DNA of 64,000 nucleotides from Protoeuglena noctilucae (taxonomy: Eukaryota), in contig OY253669.1 in the NCBI GenBank assembly GCA_958009085.1, forward strand, positions 1,178,001 to 1,242,000, in the 5' to 3' direction. The position numbers and the translations under genes were made by a program. Below are positions 47,283 through 64,000 of the stretch, in pieces; position 1 is the first letter of the stretch; each line of letters starts with the position of its first letter. A model generated the notes under the pieces. It worked only from the letters and a program-made list of their open reading frames with translations. It made no database searches and was not told the origin of the DNA.

Positions 47283-49789
47283 TTAGGGCTGGGCGCCCCC
47301 AGCGGCCGCACCACCCGTAGCCTTGCCCGCGCCAGCAGCGGCGCCACCGGCAGCCGCACCAGCGCCGCCAGCGGCCTTCCCAGCACCGGCAGCAGCGCCA
47401 CCGGCCGCTGCGCCGCCAGCGGCAGCGCCACCAGCGGCGGCACCGCCCGCAGCCTTCCCGGCAGCGGCGCCACCGGCAGCAGCGCCACCAGCAGCAGCGC
47501 CACCCGCAGCCTTGCCAGCCCCGGCAGCAGCACCGCCGGCAGCGGCGGCACCCCCGCCGGCGGCGCCCCCGGCAGCGGCACCGCCCGCAGCCTTACCGGC
47601 CGCGGCACCACCAGCAGCAGCTTCGTTGCGTGCAAGCATCTTGAGCAGCTGCGGAGGTGCAGGGGAGGGGACCATGAAGATGTTACAGGCCCGGCTCGCT
47701 AGTCCAGCCTGTCTGCAGCCGCGAGGTCAGGCTGAGCCATGCGGCCGGGCAGTAGGGGGGCTTCTCACCTCAGACGGGTTGCCGAGGGAGGGCATCTGAG
47801 CAGCGATGCCCTTCGTGATCCCCGGAGCAATGCCGCTGAAGATGGTCTGCGAACGGGGGGCAAGAAACGACGGTGGCCTTGGGTATGCGGACCTCGGGCA
47901 TCGCTGGCGCAGCGCACTGGCCCGCGCGTGCGCTCACCGTCACACGGAGAGGAATGAGGCCGTAGAAGAGGGCCGGCTGGAAGCTGAGGAGGAGCTTGAA
48001 GAGGAGGCTCTTGAGGACGGGCGTCGCCATCTGCTCGCACAGCGTCACGCTGGCCCACGCTGCGAGCGGTGGTCGAGGGGGCGTGGGTCCGTGGCCGTGG
48101 CCGCCGTATCTCGGCCGCCACCTGTGCGCGAATGCTGTGGCGCGCGGCCGGCTCACCGTGGAGGGCGTCGGCGTCGGGCTTGAGGTTGGCCAGGGACGGC
48201 GTGTTGTAGATGACGTAGGTGAAGAGGTTGGCGACGTCGCCCTGGATGTTGGAGTGCATGAGGGCCGACACGAAGAAGAGGGAGGGGAGGACCTGGTAGA
48301 CGGGCGCCTTGACGGGCCACAGGAGGCCGTTGGACGGCACCTCGAGCAGCACCTGCGTGGATCAAGCGCAGCTCGCTGGCATTCCAACGCCGCCTGGGCT
48401 CGTGTCGGCGGGAGGCAGGCGCCAAGCGGCCTGACCTTAACGGCGTAGACGACGATGGCCACGTAGATGAGGTAGGTGTTCTGGAGGCACTTGCACTGCA
48501 CCGTGAGGAGGATGGCGTAGGCGAGGAAGGCAGGGATGAGGCCGAGGTTGTCGCTCTGGATCTTCCAGAAGACGGACAGGACGGCGAGCTTGCCGAGGAG
48601 GGGCCCGACGGCCGCGGCGGGCGTCAGCTTCTCCCTGCGGGGGTGGGGCGGACGCATGCGGCGTGCGTGCCCCGCCAGCCGTGCCAGAGAAGCCACCGGC
48701 GTCCCTGCGGCTCGAGGCGCCCTCACCCCTGGCACACGGCGCACTGGTTGCTGTCCACCTCCTTGTTGCTGTCGCAGGCCACCAGGATCTTGGCGCAGTC
48801 GCGGGCGATGGAGAACTTCTTGCCCGAGGCGTTCTCGACCAGGAACTCGTCGAAGTCGTTGAACAGGCCGGTCATGTGGGTGTTGGTCACCGCCTGCACG
48901 TCCTCGGACACGAGCCGCATCCTGCGCGACAGAACGGGCCGCGAGCAGCGTCCCCCACAGGCCCCCGGCCACATGCGCCTCGCCGGGCACCGCGGCCGGC
49001 CACGCACCGGTCGGCGAAGCGGCCGAAGTAGCTGTTGAAGGTGTTAACGAGGGGGCCAGCGTCCGTGCCGAGCGCCAGGCACTTGTCGGTCGCGCTAGGC
49101 TTCCCGCCAAAGGTGAGGAACATCGTCGTGTAGCCGGAGAGGAAGAAGAGCAGCAGCACGGCGATGGCCTGCGGGAACGACCAGTCCGTACGTCAAAAAC
49201 CCACCAGCTGAGACGGGACTTTCGCATCTTCACGGGGACGGCGGCCCAGCCATCGTGCTAGACCGCAACCCGGGGCACAGTGGCGCGCTGGCGGGCGCGT
49301 TCGGCCGCCCGCGCGCGGTCCCTAGGAAACATGGACAACCAGGGCATGGAATCCCGTGCGGATGGCGGGCGAAACGGCCGTTTCCCGGCAGGCGGGGGAG
49401 CCGTGACTGCCCCGGCTCGGGCGTCGCTGTCCGCCCCAGGACGCGCCACTTCCCGGCGCCGATGCGACCGGGAGGTCGCCATCCGGCACCAGAGGCGAGC
49501 AGGGCCTGGAAGCGACGGCCGGCGACGGGGAAAACGGCCCCCAGTGCGACCGGGTTGTGAGCAGGCCGCCCCGAGCAGAGACTTCCGTGGTCGCAGGCGG
49601 AGCGTGACAAGGAGTGCGCGATCTCTCTGAGCGAGCCAATTCTGCCTGGCGGGAGGTCGTGGCGGGCAAGTAGCGCCGCCCGCATGCCGATCCCACCTTC
49701 CACATCTTGGCGACGGACCACCAGACGACGGCCTCCTTCCCCACAGGCCAAAGCCTGACGAGGACCCACGAAACAAGGCCGAGCAGCAT
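47283..49789 (-). CDS. Uncharacterised multi-pass membrane protein with Gly/Ala-repeat C-terminal tail
   Basis: About 8 exons with strong codon bias and canonical splice sites: MLLGLVSWVLVRLW...K|AIAVLLLFFLSGY...|several hydrophobic segments...|LLKMLARNE(AAAGG/KAAGG)n AQP*. The first exon is inferred. Confidence 0.72.
47296..47622 (-). repeat. Coding low-complexity repeat encoding (A/K)AAGG units
   Basis: About 110 codons of Ala/Gly with periodic Lys; synonymous codons vary between units. Confidence 0.9.
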
Positions 49790-50193
49790 CTCGCTCCGGG
49801 CTGCCGCGGGGGGACGGGCGGTCCAAACGTCGTAAACGCGGCCCGATCTCCTCGGGTCGCCACTGTCCGTGCAGAGTACGAGCGAGCTAGCGCGCGGAGC
49901 ACGGCGGGAGGTCCTTTGGGGCGGAGCTGGAGGGTAAACGCCAGCGAGATTGCCAGTCGCAGCGTTTGTGCTTCCTCACAGCCACAGCGCACCGTTCAAC
50001 TTCGCGGGCGGACGGGCTGTGGGTCCCCCGGGCTGCTCAGGGAGGGCGCGCCCCAGGCTGGGAGACGCACATGCAGTGCGGGGGAAGTGCTCCAAGAGAG
50101 GACCGCCGCAGGCCTTTGCCTGGGCAGATCCATGGCAACGGGACAGTGCAACGTCTGGGCTGCGGGGGGACCGCAATCACCCCGGCGCGGCGT

Positions 50194-51096
50194 TTACTTG
50201 ATCACGAAGCCGACCTTGACACAGAATATCTGATTCCGCGACGACCGCCCCAGAATGTGCAGCTGGTACTGGCCGGGAATGGCCACCCTGCGCAGCGCGA
50301 TGAGGTGCTTTCACTGCGTCCCGGCCTGGGCAGGGCACCGCCACCTCCCCCGGGGTCTGCCAAAAGCCCACCTCGGGATCCGCTGGCTACTGGACAGAGC
50401 GAAGATGCCCTCTTTCACCGGGCAGGAGACAGAGTCGCAGAGCGCCTGCAGGGGCGAGCGCGGGGGTGGCATCCCTTGGCATGCTGTTCCCACAGGTCGC
50501 TGCGCGCTCGCGGAACGCTCCGTTCACCTTCGAGGCCTTCCAGACCTTGAAGCCCCGATAATAGACCACGGTGTCGATGTGTCCGGAATCGATGGACGCC
50601 TTGGCGCGAAGGCAGATTGCGAGCCCAAGGTCGGCGCCGGGCTTGACGATGGTGTTGTCGCTCTGCACGTCCAGCACCTGCAGGGGAGGACTCAAGGGCT
50701 CCGGATACCTTCCGGCCGTCGGTCCTTGCCACCGAGAGCAGGCGGGCGTTCCGGAGTTGCTACCCAGAGCCAGGGCCCAGGCATGCCGGTGGTGGCGTCG
50801 AGGGATGCCTGTTCCTCTCGAACGCCCTTCCACAGGCTAAACGAGGCAAACATCTTCACGCTCGACCCCACAGACCCGGCGGCCGATCAGCGCCAGCTCT
50901 GCTCGGACTCGGCGGGCTCGAGCTCGGTATTGGAGCGCCGGCTCGCCTCAGCCACGCTGCCATTGGGGTCCGTGCAGTCCTCCCACGAGATGACCCCTTC
51001 CACTTCGGTGCCCATTTCGCGCACCCGAGCCGCGGAGGCGACCAGAACCAACAGCGCGAGCAACAGGAGGGTCCCGCACCGCCGCGAGTCGACCAT
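50194..51096 (-). CDS. ML (MD-2/NPC2-like lipid recognition) domain protein with signal peptide
   Basis: Signal peptide LLLLALLVLVASA; ISWEDC...VKPGADL...LCDSVSCPVKEG...QRIPR|VAIPGQYQLHI...IFCVKVGF. The Cys pattern is typical of ML domains. Confidence 0.85.
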
Positions 51097-51250
51097 TCTC
51101 TCTGTCGACGACGTTCTTGAAAGCGGCGAGGCCCACGGAGGCCGAGACCGTCGGATGCAGGTGCACCCGGCCCTTCAGATTCAAGTTTCAGACTGCTGCC
51201 GTCCCAGGTGACCGCAGCAGAGGCCAAAAGGGCGCCGCAGAGAGGTCAGC

Positions 51251-54200
51251 TCACGCGTGGCCCATCCTCTCGACCTGGTGCTTCACGTAGTCCTTCTGCA
51301 GGCTCCGCAGGTGGGAGCCCAGCCGCGGGTACCGCGACGCGTGCTCCATCAGCCCCCCCGGCGACACCTGCATCTCCCGCACGCCCTGCGCGCAGCCGGA
51401 GAACGCGCCTTCCACCTCTCCCACCGCGGGGCCCGGCGCCGCGCTGCAGCCGCGCTGCAGCTCTGCGCACCTTAGCCGACAGGGCGTCCACGATGCCCTC
51501 GAAGTTCCCCGCGAGAATGACTGGCTCCTGGATCTTAAGGATGGCAAGCGCGACGGCGAAGATCCCCGCCAAGCCGCGGTGCAAAATCACGTCCCACGAC
51601 CTGCGCGAGACCAGGGGAGCCGAAGCGTCGGGACTAGCGACGAGCGACGAGCGGTCGCCGGCCAGTCCTCCCAGATCCGCGCAGCGCTCACCGCAGGAGG
51701 TGCGGGGGCGGCAGGCAGTACCCGAAAAGCGTCATGAACCACTGAGTCGCGTAGAGCCCCGGGGTCACCCCGTGGTTGTGCATGTGGACGGCCACTGCGG
51801 GCCAGAGCGACAAATAGTCATGTGAGCTTACCACCCGTGACCTAAAAGCATCCGGCTATCTTTACGAGGGCAGCGACGGACCTTTGGGCTCAAAGTGGTG
51901 AAGGAGGCCCTCGAGCTGGAACAGGCACTGCTGGAGGAGCGGGAACCCGGGACTGTAGATGCCGCGGAGTGGCGGCGTCCTGCGAGCGGGCTAAGGCCTT
52001 CCATTCAAACCCACTCGAGCAATTGGACGAGGTGGGGGTCTCCCGTAGCACGCACGACGCGTGAGCCACACCACGGCCTGGGTCAGCTGTCGGAAGCGCG
52101 TGAGACGGCGCCGACTCACCTGCGCCCCTTCATGAGCGCCATCATGGACCAGAAGGCCTCCTCTTCGGGCATGTACAGCAACAGCATCCCCGCGACAAAG
52201 CCCATGCCCTGCACGTAGCCCATCTCCGTGTCGTAGTACGCCGCAGCCTTGAGGACATTGTACAGCGCCTTCTGACCGCGGCCGCCCCTCTCTGCGCGGA
52301 GGCGAGGCGAGCCGCGATGAGGGGGCTCTCACGCGCCCCAACCAACAACCCGGTCGCGCGAGAGGTGCGCAGTTGCAACGCGGCGCACGGCGTCACCCGA
52401 GAAGAAGATGTGATTCGGGAACGTGCGGTGGACGTCCTTCAATATCTGCAGCTCGGTGGACTCGAGGAATCGCTTGGAAACCATCCGCTCCAAATCGCCC
52501 GGGCTGCGGAAGAGTGCCTCTGCGGGCGCAGAGGCAGGGGCTGGTGGGACTGCGCAACTGCGCGAGATGACCAGCGCTACGACCGCCGAGACTCGCGCAG
52601 CGCCGCGGGAAGGTCTGCGCGGCGCGCATCTCGACGGCCATGCGCCTCACCGTCGTTGCCGATGCTGCTGTTCCTCGAGCGAGAGGCGTGGTTGCCCGAC
52701 CGGCGCATGATGGCGTTCATCAGGTTACCGAAGGGGCGCGACCGGCCCTTGCTCCTGCGAGGCAGGAGGACACGCGCGTGGTGTCCCGCCCCTCACGTGC
52801 GGCGGCGCTGAACGCAGCACTGCGTAACGTGCGCTTACGTGGCCGATCCGCTGGATTCGAGAAGCTCTCGATGGGTAGCGGCCGGCACGTCCCCGAACAC
52901 ATGGCGCGCCCCAAAGGTCTCAAGCCCGCTGATCCCCGCCGCCTGCGCCGCCCGTGCGGCCCCCTCCCCGCTCTTGCCCACCGCGGCGAGCGCCCCGGAG
53001 GAGCCCACGCGCGGGACCACGCTGGCGCCGGGGCCCGCCACGGCCTCCCCTGCGCTGCGCATTTGGGGTCGGCTGGTGCCCTCAGCCACGGCCCCGGACC
53101 CCACGCTGCCGGGAGCCCAGGCGGACACGGGGCGGTTGTTGGCAGACTCGTCGGGACGCGGCGCGGGCGAGGCGCCCCGCGCCTCCAGGGACGCTTCTTC
53201 CAATGGCGCGCCGGGCCCACCGCCTGGCCCACCCTCGCTGGCCGCCGCGTGTGCCCCGCCCTCCGACGGCGGCCCCTGCTCCTCCACCGCCCTCGCGTGC
53301 GCCCCCGCCTCCTCCGCCGCCGCCTCCGAGGGGGCTGACGGCGGCACCACGGCCCCAGCGACCGGCACCCCCAGCATCTCGTTGAGAGCCTCTTGGAGGT
53401 CCTTGGTCGGCGTCTTGGCCAACAGGCGCGCGTACAGCCCGGGATTCTCGTCCAGCATCTCCTTCCCGCCGGTGAGGATGAGCCACACGAGGCCCCTGGG
53501 AGCGCACGCCAGAGCAACCGTGTCATCCTGGACCAAGCCCTTGACGCCACCCGGGCGGTCCCTGCCGCCCAGCCCGCCAATTCGTGCAAGCCGCATCGCA
53601 CCTGAGGGGATCTGGGACGCCCTTGCGCACCCGTGCCTTGAACTTGCGCCCGTGGCGGCGCGCAAACTCAAACAGCTCGCTCCCGTCGGGGCCCATCATG
53701 CGGCGCCACTTGTCCACGCGGCGCGCCGTCACCGCCTCCTCGGACTCGGCCTCGACCTTCCCGATGCCCGTCCTCTGTGCCACGCCGCAGAGGAAGCGGC
53801 CCGCCGCGCCCATCGCGACGGGCGCCCCGCCGACCCCGAACACCGACAGCGCCATGCGCGGCGTGGCTCCCGACTCCGACGCGCTCGCCTCTGACGCGCT
53901 CCCCGGACGCTGCGACAGCTGGGCGGGCGCGACGGGCGCCGGCCCCAGCCCAGCCTCTGCCACCGGAACGCCCGTCACGCCCAGACCTCGGGGCGAACCC
54001 GGCGTCGACGCGGGGCCGGCATGGCGAGGAGCGGAGTGCTGCTGCTCACTCGCGCTGGTGCCGGAGCTGCGGGCGGGGACAGGGGGTGCCGTCAGCATGG
54101 AACACGATCCGTGCCCTAGTCCCAGCCACCCGCATGTGCCACTCGCCTGTGAATGTTGACGGACCCGTCCTCGCTCCCCTCGTCCTCCCCTAAATGACCT

Positions 54201-55233
54201 GAATTGTCGACGCGAGGCAGCCCGGCCCCCGCAGCCCGCGCCCTGGCGACAGCCTCGGCGCCCAAGTCCACCTCCACCGACCTCGTCGTGGAGGGCCACG
54301 CCGCCCGGTCGCTCGGCGCCACTGCGCCGTCTCCCTCCTCGCCCTCGCCATCGCCCTCGGCTCGCAACGCTCTCCGAGGGGATTTCGATGGCGGGGGCAG
54401 CGACCGCGTCTTCTCTGGGGACCTCACGCCGTCGTGCCGTGCGTCGCTGTCAGCCCGCTCGCGCCGCGTCTTCGCCGCCATCGCCTCCGCTTCGTCCTCC
54501 GAAGACGATGGCGGGTCAGGGACGTCTGTGGTTGCCGGGACGGGACTGGCGCCCCGTGCCGGCCCCAGCCGGGAGACGGGCAGCGGCGCCGGCCGCGAGG
54601 AATGGTCCGGTAACGACGCGCCGGTGTGCTCGGACTCTCCGGTGGAGCCGCTTGCGGGCGCACCGACCCCTCCAGGCGCGGGACCCGCGTGCTCCCCGGT
54701 GCTGCCACGTCGCGGCTCCACGGCGCCCCGCGCGCTGCCGAAGAGGAAGCGCTGGCGGTCGCCCATGCTGCCCTGCGGATCGATAGGGCTGTCGGCAGAG
54801 CGCCGCGACCTCTCCGGGCTCACGCCCATGCGCAGCGTCTCGGCAAGCCGACCCACGACGCTCTGCATGCCCTGCGGGAGGACCGTGCAGGGTTGCGGAG
54901 GCCGGCGATGACTCCGCAGCGGGAGGATGACGCAGAGGTGCTGCGCGCGCGACCGCTGCCCACCTGAGCGACCAGGACGCGCGCAGCTGCAACAGGGTTG
55001 GACCGTGGCTGGGCCGACCCCGTCCGCAGGTCGGGAGGAGGTTGCGGCGGGCGAGACGGATCGAAGCGAGCGAGCGCCGCGTCACCAGCATCCTCCGTCT
55101 CCCTGTGCCGCGGCAGGAAAGAGGGTGAAGGGTTACAAAGGCGACGGGCACTCCCGACCCAGCGAGCGCGCGCAGGCGGCCCTTGCCTGTACCGGACGAC
55201 GTGCCAGCCTTCATCTCTGATGAACGACGCCAT
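51251..55233 (-). CDS. TBC-domain Rab GTPase-activating protein
   Basis: RRVDKWRRM...RVRKGVPDPLR|GLVW; QILKDVHRTFP (IxxDxxR finger), GYVQGMGF (YxQ finger), PEEEAFW, LYATQWFMTLF; long disordered N-terminus. The start is approximate. Confidence 0.92.
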
Positions 55234-55955
55234 GGCACGCTCCTCGTCTCCTCCCAGCATCGCAGGAAGCCCTTCTCTCTATGCGAAGCTGAGCCTGCAA
55301 GTGGCCCGCGAAAGCGCGCTGTGGAATGCGCGACGGGAACAGAGCTAATGCTAGCGTGCCGATACCCGGGGGCGGGCGCAGGACGACGCGGTTGGGGTGC
55401 CCCGGGCGTTCCCAGCGCTGTGCCGAGGATGGCCCTGTGCTCGGGGTGGGGGCCTCACCTCGCGGAACGCGAACCGACACCAGTCAGAGGTGTCCCCTGG
55501 CCCAGTCGCGCCACAGGGCCACTGCACGTTTCGAGAGCCCCATGGACGAAACCCTTCCGCGAATTCGATCGTCTGATGCCACGCACAGTGCGCTGATTGA
55601 ACAAGTAAACGATCTGCTGTCGACACATGGCGCTTGCTCGCTGCAAGCGACGCGGGCGACGGTTAGGGCACACACTCGCAAGTGTTTCTCGGGCCCGCGA
55701 CCACAGGCCCTCCCCAGGCTCGAACGGCGTTCAGAATGCGACCTCGCGACATCGCCGCGTCCTTCGCAACCCGAGATTTCGTTCCCCGTGAGATTTCCTG
55801 TGCCGCGCGGTAGAAATTGTGGAGCGTGTGCGTCCAGAGCCCGCCCTTATCATAGCTTTGCTTTCATCGCTGCCGCACACGCGGCGTCCTTCTCTCAGGG
55901 GGCGCGTTTGGGGTAGGATTGCCGCGGGACCCCCCGGTGCTCGCACGCCCTCCTG

Positions 55956-57382
55956 ATGACGAGTTTTACTGCATCGTTACACCCACGGTCAGGCGCGGCA
56001 TGGAACTCGAGTCGATCCCGGGACCTTGCCAGGTCTTCCTGCGCCCGCGCCCACCAGGGACGCAGGGAAGCCCTCCTCCAAATCGGCGCCCTGGTGGCCG
56101 TCACGGCCGCGACACAGGTGGGCCCGCGCCGCCTCCGCCGCCGTACGCGGAGCGAAACGCGACGTTGAGCTCATCGCCGCCGCGATCGCTGCCCTCCGAG
56201 CCACCCGCCGTGATCCGGGCCACCCCCAGACGTTGACGTTGCCCGCGGGGAAGGCTGAGGCGTCCGAGATGGAGGCGTTCGAGGCCGAGCCGGCTCAGGG
56301 ACGCTATCCGACCGCGGAGGAGCAGGCTGCAATCGACGGAGCTCTCGCTGCCGTGCTTCCGCGCGGCCGGACGCCCGCGGCGCTGCGGTTGGTGTTCCAC
56401 GACGCCGGGACGTACACGATGGGGGACGGGACTGGCGGAGCGAACGGGTCGATCAGGCGAGACGTCCTCTTCTCGCGACAGCTCTGCGCGTCGGCCCGGG
56501 CCGCGTCCACGCACAAGCTGCGTGACCCGCCCGCCCTGGGTGCAGGTTTGAGCTCGACCGCCGGGAGAACGCCAACCTGCGCAAGGCAGTGCGGACGCTG
56601 GACGAGGCCATGGCGGGCCTCAAGGGCACCGCGGCGGAGGGCAAGGTGTCCTTCGCGGACCTGGTCATGCTCGCGGGGGCTTACTCCGTGCGCGTTTGCG
56701 GGGGCCCCGTGGTGCCCATCAAGGTCAGTGATCAGTGTCATTAGCAGTTAATTACCATGACTGCGCTGAACGGATGGTCGGCAGCTGCATGCCCCGCCCT
56801 TCCATCCATGGTGCGACGCGTTTCAGCCAAACGGTCACACGGGTCGCCTTTAAGCGATGTAGTGTTTGGTCTTGCCCACAGATCGGGCGCATCGACGCCC
56901 AGGGTCCCGACCCCGCGGACCGCCTGCCCCAAGAGAACTTCAACTCGGTGCAGCTGAAGGCCACGTTTCAGGCCAAGGGGTTCAGCACGCGGGACCTGGT
57001 TGCGCTGTCGGGGGCACACACGGTGGGAGGCAAGGGGTTCGGCAACCCCACGGCGTTTGACAACGAGTACTTCAAGGTCCTCCTCCGTCGGCCGTGGGAG
57101 CAGCCGGGGTGAGGGCGCGACGGGGGGTGGTGCGGTGGCGGCGAGCGCTGCGGGATGGCCTGGCACGGCCCAGAGAGGGGTGCGTGAGCGAGGTGGCCGT
57201 GGTTGCGACGCAGGGACATGAACAAGATGATCGGCCTGCCCTCGGATCACGTGCTCCCGGACGACGACGAGTCGTACGAGTGGGTGCAGCGTTACGCTAA
57301 GGATCAAGAGCTCTTCTTCGCCGATTTTACAAGCGCGTTCGCGCGTCTGTCCGAGCTGGGCGCGCGGTGGGCGGTCGTCTGA
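55956..57382 (+). CDS. Ascorbate peroxidase-related protein (APX-R/APX6 group), predicted thylakoid-lumen targeted
   Basis: LRLVFHDAGTY, GGANGSIR|FEL, SFADLV, LVALSGAHTVGGKGFG and MNKMIGLPSD; bipartite leader with GRREALL...AEA. Confidence 0.9.
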
Positions 57383-57467
57383 CGGCCTCCGTCGACCAGT
57401 GACGGCCGCGCGACCCCAACAGTCACAGCATGCTGATCGTGACGGCAGTTGCAAGTGCGCTTTCCCT

Positions 57468-63371
<5,904 letters not shown>

Positions 63372-64000
63372 CACAGCACGCGACGCCGCTTCGCGCAAGT
63401 CACCACGCGGCGTGGCTGGTCTCCCGTACGCACGCCCCGATCGGAATCGTTTTGTAAGCCTTGTTGGAAGAGGGAGGAGCCACTCTGCGGGGAATGCACA
63501 CAGCGGGGGCTCTTGCTCGCCACGGTCACGGTACTCACTGCAGCTCTGACCGTGGAGATTCTTTTGCGTCAATCGCCGGGTCGTCTACCCAGGCTACTCG
63601 ACTCATTCCTTGTCCATCCAAGCCTCACCAACGCGGAGGATGTCGTGGGCGACTGCGCACAGGACGGGGACTTTTACTGGGCTCCTGGAGGGCCTGCAGC
63701 TCTAGCAACGTCTGCGCCTGTCATACCTCGTGCATTCGCTTCGACGCAATGCACCATCCGACTTCCCAGGCCGCAGTGGCGCGCACAGTCCTGTCTGAAA
63801 CCCACGCGGCTTGGCTCACCAGCAGCCTGGGCTTCCGCGCCATCTCCGCATCAAACTGTGATACAAGAGCGTCTCGCGAGCATGTCTGTCGATTGGAGGG
63901 TGTCCCTGTCCCTCTTCACGCGCAAATCCACGGCAACACGCGCGTTGCGCTTTATGGGCGAAAACACTGTGAGCCGCCCGGTCCCTGGAGCATGCCAGCG

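Noticed and set aside
47323..47799. Plus-strand Pro/Ala-rich ORF (PAAAPP repeats)
   Set aside because: It is the antisense shadow of the Gly/Ala exon; the splice acceptor and stop support the minus strand.

Overview
This is GC-rich, very gene-dense eukaryotic nuclear DNA with short spliceosomal introns, so most entries in the six-frame ORF track are GC-driven artefacts. Plastid-targeted genes (starch synthase, LPAT1, Trx-x, D27, lumenal APX-R) together with flagellar genes (dynein LC4, a PIH1 protein) point to a flagellated green alga with a compact genome. A pedinophyte- or prasinophyte-like lineage is only my guess. I reconstructed 26 protein-coding genes by hand: eIF4G (5' end outside the window), LC4, LPAT1, ZNF830-like, sterol desaturase-like, D27-like, VTT/TVP38, RABGGTB, Trx-x, a 2-TM orphan, IPI1/TEX10, a second thioredoxin, PIH1D2-like, SMIM4-like, a divergent EF-1alpha, a PTEN-like/FH1/FH2 formin, starch synthase, ATG14/UVRAG-like, an OTU DUB, a HECT ligase, APRT, an orphan membrane protein with a Gly/Ala tail, an ML-domain protein, a TBC RabGAP, APX-R and PEX6. 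I saw no rRNA, tRNA, CRISPR array or mobile element. Five observations stand out: (1) a divergent EF-1alpha with altered tRNA-binding motifs sits head-to-head with a formin; (2) an OTU deubiquitinase sits head-to-head with a stand-alone HECT ligase; (3) GC-AG introns are unusually frequent; (4) same-strand gaps of only 135-155 nt suggest polycistronic transcription; (5) an unknown multi-pass membrane protein ends in a silk-like Gly/Ala tail. All exon boundaries were inferred by eye and are approximate.
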